From NCBI GenBank assembly GCA_037447605.1, contig JBBHKD010000032.1, positions 1 through 31,309 on the forward strand: DNA of 31,309 nt. Reading direction: 5' to 3'. This DNA is from Zygnema circumcarinatum SAG 698-1b (Eukaryota > Plantae > Zygnematophyceae). Below the pieces are notes generated by a model, which saw only the letters and a program-made list of their open reading frames with translations, did not search any database and was not told the DNA's origin. The position numbers and the translations under genes are program-made. Of the stretch, positions 22,301 through 31,309 are shown piece after piece. Numbering within the stretch: position 1 is the stretch's first letter; every line of letters starts with the position of its first letter.

Positions 22301-25300
22301 AATAGGGAGAAAGCTTAATTGACTCAAAATTTTTGTGCATACGGCGGACTCACTGTAGAGTGACGCTGAGAAATTTCGGTGCAAAAGAGTATAAGACAAA
22401 AACGTTATGTATAACGGAGTGGACGTGTATAGGAACGCAACTTATTGCACGTGTCACAAAAACGTCCATATTTGAATAGGGAGAACGCCAAATGGACTCA
22501 AACTTTTTGTGCATACGGCGGACTCACTGTAGAGTGACGCTGAGAAATTTCGGTGCAAAAGAATAAAAGACAAAAAAGTTATATATAACGGAGTGGACGT
22601 GTGTAGGAATGCAACCTATTGCACGTGTCACAAAAACGTCCATATCTGAATACGGAGAAAGCCAAATGGACTCAAACTTTATTGTGCATACGACGGACAC
22701 ACACTTGACACACGTTGAGAAATTTCGGTGCACAAAAGTAAAAGAAAATAAAGTTATAAATAACGGAGTGGACGTGTGTAGGACCGCAACCTATTGCACG
22801 TGTCACAAAAACGTCCATATCTGAATAGGGAGAACGACAAATCAATTCAATTTTTTTGTGCATACGGCGGACACACTGTAGCGTGACGCTCAGAAATTTC
22901 GGTGCAAAAAAGTAAAAGACAAAAAAGTAATTTATATCGGAGTGGACGTGTATAGGAACGCAACCTATTGCACGTGTCACAAAAACGTCCATATCTGAAT
23001 AGGGAGAACGCTTAATTGACTCAAACTTTTTGTGCATACGGCGGACTCACTGTAGAGTGACGCTGAGAAATTTGGGTGCAGAAGATAAAAGCAAAAAAGT
23101 TATGTAAGCGAGATGTACATGTATAGAGACGCGACTTATGCACATGTCACAAGAAAACTACATGTCTGAATAGGAGAACGCTTAATGGACTCAAACTTTT
23201 TATGCATCAGCAGACTCAAGCATCAAGTGACAACAAAGAAATTTCAGCTGTAAAAGATAAAGCAAAGAAGTTATCCCTATGACAAAATGGGCGTGTATGA
23301 ACAAATCTATTGCATCCTCTTCCACGAAAACATCCATGTACTGATCAGGGAGAAACACTTAATTGACTCAAACTTTTTGTGCATACGGCGGACTCACTGT
23401 AGAGTGACGCTGAGAAATTTCGGTGCAAAAGAGTAAAAAAGACAAAAAAGTTATGTATAACGGAGTGGACATGTATAGGAACGCAACTTATTGCACGTGT
23501 CACAAAAACGTCCATATCTGAATAGGGAGAACGTTTAATTGACTCAAACTTTTTGTGCATACGGCGGACTCACTGTAGAGTGACGCTGAGAAATTTCGGT
23601 GCAAAAGAGTAAAAGACAAAAAAGTTATGTATAACGGAGTGGACATGTATAGGAACGCAACTTATTGCACGTGTCACAAAAACGTCCATGTCTGAATAGG
23701 GAGAACGCTTAATTGACTCAAACTTTTTGTGCATACGGCGGACTCACTGTAGAGTGACGCTGAGAAATTTCGGTGCAAAAGAGTAAAAGACAAAAAAGTT
23801 CAGTATAACGGAGTGGACGTGTATAGGAACGCAACCTATTGCACGTGTCACAAAAACGTCCATATCTGAATAGGGAGAACGCTTAATTGACTCAAACTTT
23901 TTGTGCATACGGCGGACTCACTGTAGAGTGACGCTGAGAAATTTCGGTGCAAAAAATAAAAGACAAAAAAGTTATGTATAACGGAGTGGACGTGTATAGG
24001 AACGCAACTTATTGCACGTGTCACAAAAACGTCCATATTTGAATAGGGAGAACGCCAAATGGACTCAAACTTTTTGTGCATACGGCGGACTCACTGTAGA
24101 GTGACGCTGAGAAATTTCGGTGCAAAAGAATAAAAGACACAAAAGTTATATATAACGGAGTGGACGTGTGTAGGAATGCAACCTATTGCACGTGTCACAA
24201 AAACGTCCATATCGGAATACGGAGAAAGCCAAATGGACTCAAACTTTATTGTGCATACGACGGACACACACTTGACACACGTTGAGAAATTTCGGTGCAC
24301 AAAAGTAAAAGAAAATAAAGTTATAAATAACGGAGTGGACGTGTATAGGAACGCAACCTATAACACGTGTCACAAAAACGTCCATATCTGAATAGGGAGA
24401 ACGACAAATCAATTCAATTTTTTTGTGCATGACGAACACATATAGCGTGACACTCAGAAATTTAAATACAAGAAAGTAAAAAACAAAAAAGTAATTTATA
24501 TTAAAAATAAACGTAGGACGCGGTCTATTACACATGTCACCAAAAACATTCATGTTCTGATTAGGGAAACACTTAATTGACTCAAACTTTTTGCTGCGTG
24601 GCGAACTCACTGTAATGGTGAAAAGCAATGCAAAAGAGTAAAAAAGACAAAAAAGTTATGTATAACGGAGGGGACGTGTAGAGGAACGAAACTTATTACA
24701 CGTGTCACAAAAACGTCCATATCTGAATAGGGAGAACGCTTAATTAACTCAAACTTTTTGTGCATACGGCGGACTCACTGTAGAGTGACGCTGAGAAATT
24801 TCGGTGCAAAAGAGTAAAAGACAAAAAAGTTATGTATAACGGAGTGGACATGTATAGGAACGCAACTTATTGCACGTGTCACAAAAACGTCCATATCTGA
24901 ATAGGGAGAACGCTTAATGGACTCAAACTTTTTGTGCATACGGCGGACTCACTGTAGAGTGACGCTGAGAAATTTCGGTGCAAAAGAATAAAAGACAAAA
25001 AAGTTATGTATAACGGAGTGGACGTGTATAGGAACGCAACCTATTGCACGTGTCACAAAAACGTCCATATCTGAATAGGGAGAACGCTTAATTGACTCAA
25101 ACTTTTTGTGCATACGGCGGACTCACTGTAAAGTGACGCTGAGAAATTTCGGTGCAAAAGAGTAAAAGACAAAAAAGTTATGTATAACGGAGTGGACGTG
25201 TATAGGAACGCAACTTATTGCACGTGTCACAAAAACGTCCATATTTGAATAGGGAGAACGCCAAATAGACACAAACGCTTTGTGCATATGGCGGACTCAC

Positions 25301-28300
25301 TGTAGAGTGACGCTGAGAAATTTCGGTGCAAAAGAATAAAAGACACAAAAGTTATATATAACGGAGTGGACGTGTGTAGGAATGCAACCTATTGCACGTG
25401 TCACAAAAACGTCCATATCGGAATACGGAGAAAGCCAAATGGACTCAAACTTTATTGTGCATACGACGGACACACACTTGACACACGTTGAGAAATTTCG
25501 GTGCACAAAAGTAAAAGAAAATAAAGTTAATAAATAACGGAGTGGAATTGCGTGCGCAGGGATTGCAAGCTATTGATGGGCTTTACAAAAACGTCCATAT
25601 CTGAACAAGGAGAACGCTAAATCAATTCAATTTTTTTGTGCATACGGCGGACACACTGTAGCGTGACACTCAGAAATTTCGGTGCAAAAAAGTAAAAGAC
25701 AAAAAAGTAATTTATATCGGAGTGGACGTGTATAGGAACGCAACCTATTGCACGTGTCACAAAAACGTCCATATCTGAATAAGGAGAACGCTTAATTGAC
25801 TCAAACTTTTTGTGCATACGGCGGACTCACTGTAGAGTGACGCTGAGAAATTTCGGTGCAAAAGAGTAAAAGACAAAAAAGTAATGTATAACGGAGTGTA
25901 CATGCATGGGAACTTTGCAACTTATTGCACGTGTCACAAAAACGTCCATATCTAGGGAGAACGCTTAACGACTCAAACTTTTTGTGCATACGGCGGACTC
26001 ACTGTAAAGTGACGCTGAGAAATTTCGGTGCAAAAGAATAAAAGACAAAAAAGTTATGTATAACGGAGTGGACGTGTATAGGAACGCAACTTATTGCACG
26101 TGTTACAAAAACGTCCATATCTGAATAGGGAGAACGCTTAATTGACTCAAACTTTTTGTGCATACGGCGGACTCACTGTAAAGTGACGCTGAGAAATTTC
26201 GGTGCAAAAGAGTAAAAGACAAAAAAGTTATGTATAACGGAGTGGACATGTATAGGAACGCAACTTATTGCACGTGTCACAAAAACGTCCATATCTGAAT
26301 AGGGAGAACGCTTAATTGACTCAAACTTTTTGTGCATACGGCGGACTCACTGTAGAGTGACGCTGAGAAATTTCGGTGCAAAAGAGTAAAAGACAAAAAA
26401 GTTATTTATAACGGAGTGGACATGTATAGGAACGCAACTTATTGCACGTGTCACAAAAACGTCCATATCTGAATAGAACAACGCTTAATTGACTCAAACT
26501 TTTTGTGCATACGGCGGACTCACTGTAAAGTGACGCTGAGAAATTTCGGTGCAAAAGAATAAAAGACGAAAAAGTTATGTATAACGGAGTGGACGTGTAT
26601 AGGAACGCAACCTATTGCACGTGTCACAAAAACGTCCATATCTGAATAGGGAGAACGCTTAATTGACTCAAAATTTTTGTGCATACGGCGGACTCACTGT
26701 AGAGTGACGCTGAGAAATTTCGGTGCAAAAGAGTATAAGACAAAAACGTTATGTATAACGGAGTGGACGTGTATAGGAACGCAACTTATTGCACGTGTCA
26801 CAAAAACGTCCATATTTGAATAGGGAGAACGCCAAATGGACTCAAACTTTTTGTGCATACGGCGGACTCACTGTAGAGTGACGCTGAGAAATTTCGGTGC
26901 AAAAGAATAAAAGACAAAAAAGTTATATATAACGGAGTGGACGTGTGTAGGAATGCAACCTATTGCACGTGTCACAAAAACGTCCATATCTGAATACGGA
27001 GAAAGCCAAATGGACTCAAACTTTATTGTGCATACGACGGACACACACTTGACACACGTTGAGAAATTTCGGTGCACAAAAGTAAAAGAAAATAAAGTTA
27101 TATATAACGGAGTGGACGTGTGTAGGACCGCAACCTATTGCACGTGTCACAAAAACGTCCATATCTGAATAGGGAGAACGACAAATCAATTCAATTTTTT
27201 TGTGCATACGGCGGACACACTGTAGCGTGACGCTCAGAAATTTCGGTGCAAAAAAGTAAAAGACAAAAAAGTAATTTATATCGGAGTGGACGTGTATAGG
27301 AACGCAACCTATTGCACGTGTCACAAAAACGTCCATATCTGAATAGGGAGAACGCTTAATTGACTCAAACTTTTTGTGCATACGGCGGACTCACTGTAGA
27401 GTGACGCTGAGAAATTTGGGTGCAAAAGAGTAAAAGACAAAAAAGTTATGTATAACGGAGTGTACATGTATAGGAACGCAACTTATTGCACGTGTCGCAA
27501 AAACGTCCATATCTGAATAGGGAGAACGCTTAATGGACTCAAACTTTTTGTGCATACGGCGGACTCACTGTAGAGTGACGCTGAGAAATTTCGGTGCAAA
27601 AGAATAAAAGAAAAAAAAGTTATGTATAACGGAGTGGACGTGTATAGGAACGCAACCTATTGCACGTGTCACAAAAACGTCCATATCTGAATAGGGAGAA
27701 CGCTTAATTGACTCAAACTTTTTGTGCATACGGCGGACTCACTGTAGAGTGACGCTGAGAAATTTCGGTGCAAAAGAGTAAAAGACAAAAAAGTTATGTA
27801 TAACGGAGTGGACATGTATAGGAACGCAACTTATTGCACGTGTCACAAAAACGTCCATATCTGAATAGGGAGAACGCTTAATTGACTCAAACTTTTTGTG
27901 CATACGGCGGACTCACTGTAGAGTGACGCTGAGAAATTTCGGTGCAAAAGAGTAAAAGACAAAAAAGTTATGTATAACGGAGTGGACATGTATAGGAACG
28001 CAACTTATTGCACGTGTCACAAAAACGTCCATATCTGAATAGGGACAACGCTTAATTGACTCAAACTTTTTGTGCATACGGCGGACTCACTGTAGAGTGA
28101 CGCTGAGAAATTTCGGTGCAAAAGAATAAAAGACAAAAAAGTTATGTATAACGGAGTGGACGTGTATAGGAACGCAACCTATTGCACGTGTCACAAAAAC
28201 GTCCATATCTGAATAGGGAGAACGCTTAATTGACTCAAACTTTTTGTGCATACGGCGGACTCACTGTAAAGTGACGCTGAGAAATTTCGGTGCAAAAGAA

Positions 28301-31300
28301 TAAAAGACAAAAAAGTTATGTATAACGGAGTGGACGTGTATAGGAACGCAACTTATTGCACGTGTCACAAAAACGTCCATATTTGAATAGGGAGAACGCC
28401 AAATGGACTCAAACTTTTTGTGCATACGGCGGACTCACTGTAGAGTGACGCTGAGAAATTTCGGTGCAAAAGAATAAAAGACACAAAAGTTATATATAAC
28501 GGAGTGGACGTGTGTAGGAATGCAACCTATTGCACGTGTCACAAAAACGTCCATATCGGAATACGGAGAAAGCCAAATGGACTCAAACTTTATTGTGCAT
28601 ACGACGGACACACACTTGACACACGTTGAGAAATTTCGGTGCACAAAAGTAAAAGAAAATAAAGTTATAAATAACGGAGTGGACGTGTGTAGGACCGCAA
28701 CCTATTGCACGTGTCACAAAAACGTCCATATCTGAATAGGGAGAACGACAAATCAATTCAATTTTTTTGTGCATACGGAGACATGTAGTGCTAATGTTAT
28801 AATTTTTGGCTAAAAAAAGTAAAAGACAAAAAAGTAATGTATAACGGAGTGGACATGTATAGGAACGCAACTTATTGCACGTGTCACAAAAACGTCCATA
28901 TCTGAATAGGGAGAACGCTTAATTGACTCAAACTTTTTGTGCATACGGCGGACTCACTGTAGAGTGACGCTGAGAAATTTCGGTGCAAAAGAGTAAAAGA
29001 CAAAAAAGTTATGTATAACGGAGTGTACATGTATGGGAACGCAACTTATTGCACGTGTCACAAAAACGTCCATATCTGAATAGGGAGAACGCTTAATGGA
29101 CTCAAACTTTTTGTGCATACGGCGGACTCACTGTAAAGTGACGCTGAGAAATTTCGGTGCAAAAGAATAAAAGACAAAAAAGTTAGGTATAACGGAGTGG
29201 ACGTGTATAGGAACGCAACCTATTGCACGTGTCACAAAAACGTCCATATCTGAATAGGGAGAACGCTTAATTGACTCAAACTTTTTGTGCATACGGCGGA
29301 CTCACTGTAAAGTGACGCTGAGAAATTTCGGTGCAAAAGAGTAAAAGACAAAAAAGTTATGTATAACGGAGTGGACATGTATAGGAACGCAACTTATTGC
29401 ACGTGTCACAAAAACGTCCATATCTGAATAGGGAGAACGCTTAATTGACTCAAACTTTTTGTGCATACGGCGGACTCACTGTAGAGTGACGCTGAGAAAT
29501 TTCGGTGCAAAAGAGTAAAAGACAAAAAAGTTATGTATAACGGAGTGGACATGTATAGGAACGCAACTTATTGCACGTGTCACAAAAACGTCCATATCTG
29601 AATAGGGAGAACGCTTAATTGACTCAAACTTTTTGTGCATACGGCGGACTCACTGTAAAGTGACGCTGAGAAATTTCGGTGCAAAAGAATAAAAGACAAA
29701 AAAGTTATGTATAACGGAGTGGACGTGTATAGGAACGCAACCTATTGCACGTGTCACAAAAACGTCCATATCTGAATAGGGAGAACGCTTAATTGACTCA
29801 AAATTTTTGTGCATACGGCGGACTCACTGTAGAGTGACGCTGAGAAATTTCGGTGCAAAAGAGTAAAAGACAAAAAAGTTATGTATAACGGAGTGGACGT
29901 GTATAGGAACGCAACTTATTGCACGTGTCACAAAAACGTCCATATTTGAATAGGGAGAACGCCAAATGGACTCAAACTTTTTGTGCATACGGCGGACTCA
30001 CTGTAGAGTGACGCTGAGAAATTTCGGTGCAAAAGAATAAAAGACAAAAAAGTTATATATAACGGAGTGGACGTGTGTAGGAATGCAACCTATTGCACGT
30101 GTCACAAAAACGTCCATATCTGAATACGGAGAAAGCCAAATGGACTCAAACTTTATTGTGCATACGACGGACACACACTTGACACACGTTGAGAAATTTC
30201 GGTGCACAAAAGTAAAAGAAAATAAAGTTATATATAACGGAGTGGACGTGTGTAGGACCGCAACCTATTGCACGTGTCACAAAAACGTCCATATCTGAAT
30301 AGGGAGAACGACAAATCAATTCAATTTTTTTGTGCATACGGCGGACACACTGTAGCGTGACGCTCAGAAATTTCGGTGCAAAAAAGTAAAAGACAAAAAA
30401 GTAATTTATAACGGAGTGGACGTGTATAGGAACGCAACCTATTGCACGTGTCACAAAAACGTCCATATCTGAATAGGGAGAACGCTTAATTGACTCAAAC
30501 TTTTTGTGCATACGGCGGACTCACTGTAGAGTGACGCTGAGAAATTTCGGTGCAAAAGAGTAAAAGACAAAAAAGTTATGTATAACGGAGTGTACATGTA
30601 TGGGAACGCAACTTATTGCACGTGTCACAAAAACGTCCATATCTGAATAGGGAGAACGCTTAATGGACTCAAACTTTTTGTGCATACGGCGGACTCACTG
30701 TAGAGTGACGCTGAGAAATTTCGGTGCAAAAGAATAAAAGACAAAAAAGTTATGTATAACGGAGTGGACGTGTATATGAACGCAACCTATTGCACGTGTC
30801 ACAAAAACGTCCATATCTGATTAGGGAGAACGCTTAATTGACTTAAACTTTTTGTGCATACGGCGGACTCACTGTAGAGTGACGCTGAGAAATTTCGGTG
30901 CAAAAGAGTACAAGACAAAAAAGTTATGTATAACGGAGTGGACATGTATAGGAACGCAACTTATTGCACGTGTCACAAAAACGTCCATATCTGAATAGGG
31001 AGAACGCTTAATTGACTCAAACTTTTTGTGCATACGGCGGACTCACTGTAGAGTGACGCTGAGAAATTTCGGTGCAAAAGAGTCAAAGACAAAAAAGTTA
31101 TTTATAACGGAGTGGACATGTATAGGAACGCAACTTATTGCACGTGTCACAAAAACGTCCATATCTGAATAAGGACAACGCTTAATTGACTCAAACTTTT
31201 TGTGCATACGGCGGACTCACTGTAAAGTGACGCTGAGAAATTTCGGTGCAAAAGAATAAAAGACAAAAAAGTTATGTATAACGGAGTGGACGTGTATAGG

Positions 31301-31309
31301 AATGCAACC
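16400..31309. repeat. Regular 9-mer HOR domain (ideal 1567 bp) with 18-mer superstructure and one 7-mer
   Basis: Marker at 16442, 17999, 19565, 21128, 22692, 24259, 25465, 27036, 28603 and 30166; spacings 1557, 1566, 1563, 1564, 1567, 1206, 1571, 1567, 1563. Confidence 0.92.
27036..27064 (+). other. Representative HOR marker motif GACGGACACACACTTGACACACGTTGAGA (15 copies in window)
   Basis: Replaces consensus GGCGGACTCACTGTAGAGTGACGCTGAGA at the same length with 9 substitutions. Also at 2311, 3889, 10505, 11724, 13466, 16442, 17999, 19565, 21128, 22692, 24259, 25465, 28603 and 30166. Confidence 0.95.

Larger units (their letters stand above)
1165..31309. repeat. 174-bp tandem satellite array, ~173 monomers, one orientation, runs off the right end
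   Basis: Consensus GAGTGACGCTGAGAAATTTCGGTGCAAAAGA(G/A)TAAAAGACAAAAAAGTTATGTATAACGGAGTGGAC(A/G)TGTATAGGAACGCAAC(T/C)TATTGCACGTGTCACAAAAACGTCCATATCTGAATAGGGA(G/C)AACGCTTAATTGACTCAAACTTTTTGTGCATACGGCGGACTCACTGTA. Period checked directly (e.g. 27740 to 27914 = 174). 70/174 bases are G+C. Nucleosome-scale monomer plus HORs is typical of (peri)centromeric or subtelomeric satellites, but the chromosomal location is not shown by this sequence. Confidence 0.99.

Noticed and set aside
27762-27781. CENP-B box-like TTTCGGTGCAAAAGAGT
   Set aside because: Matches only 7 of the 9 essential positions of nTTCGnnnnAnnCGGGn (6 in the GAAT variant); the CGGG half is missing.
1165-31309. About 90 ORFs in the array, including the recurrent + strand 71-aa MQPIARVTK... 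and minus-strand MHKKFES... and MHRNFS... ORFs
   Set aside because: They are translations of the same 174-bp repeat; start and stop positions track monomer variants and errors. No protein family is recognisable.
1165-31309. CRISPR array
   Set aside because: The whole 174 bp repeats; there are no unique spacers and no cas genes.
1165-31309. Identity with primate alpha satellite (171 bp) or Arabidopsis CEN180 (178 bp)
   Set aside because: Only the length and a few short words are similar; I see no alignable consensus. The family and species need a database search.
1165-31309. 5S rDNA, tRNA or snRNA tandem array, or rDNA intergenic subrepeats
   Set aside because: No A/B/C-box, cloverleaf or rRNA sequence is recognisable in the monomer or flank.

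Overview
This is eukaryotic repeat DNA with no supportable protein-coding gene. Bases 1-1164 are non-satellite sequence that looks like the 3' end of an LTR retrotransposon on the + strand: a polypurine tract (94-103), then a ~1060-bp candidate 3' LTR (TGTTAG at 105 ... TTCAACA at 1164) with a GC-rich U3-like part and a TATA-like box. The LTR end abuts a satellite array that fills 1165-31309, about 173 head-to-tail copies of a 174-bp monomer (~40% GC, CpG-rich). I cannot assign the monomer to a named family or species. The array has layered higher-order structure. A divergent ~3-monomer block with a diagnostic 29-bp motif occurs 15 times and defines 9-mer units (ideal 1567 bp), which alternate in two flavours as an 18-mer; there are also 7-mer and 10-mer variants. 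A separate 13-mer duplication lies at 5.6-10.2 kb, and there are local dimer and monomer duplications and chimeric junctions. All ORFs inside the array are explained by the 174 = 58 x 3 bp period. About twenty short scrambled patches look like long-read or consensus error, yet they recur at the same HOR phase and show different error signatures in the left and right halves. Alignments and counts were done by eye.
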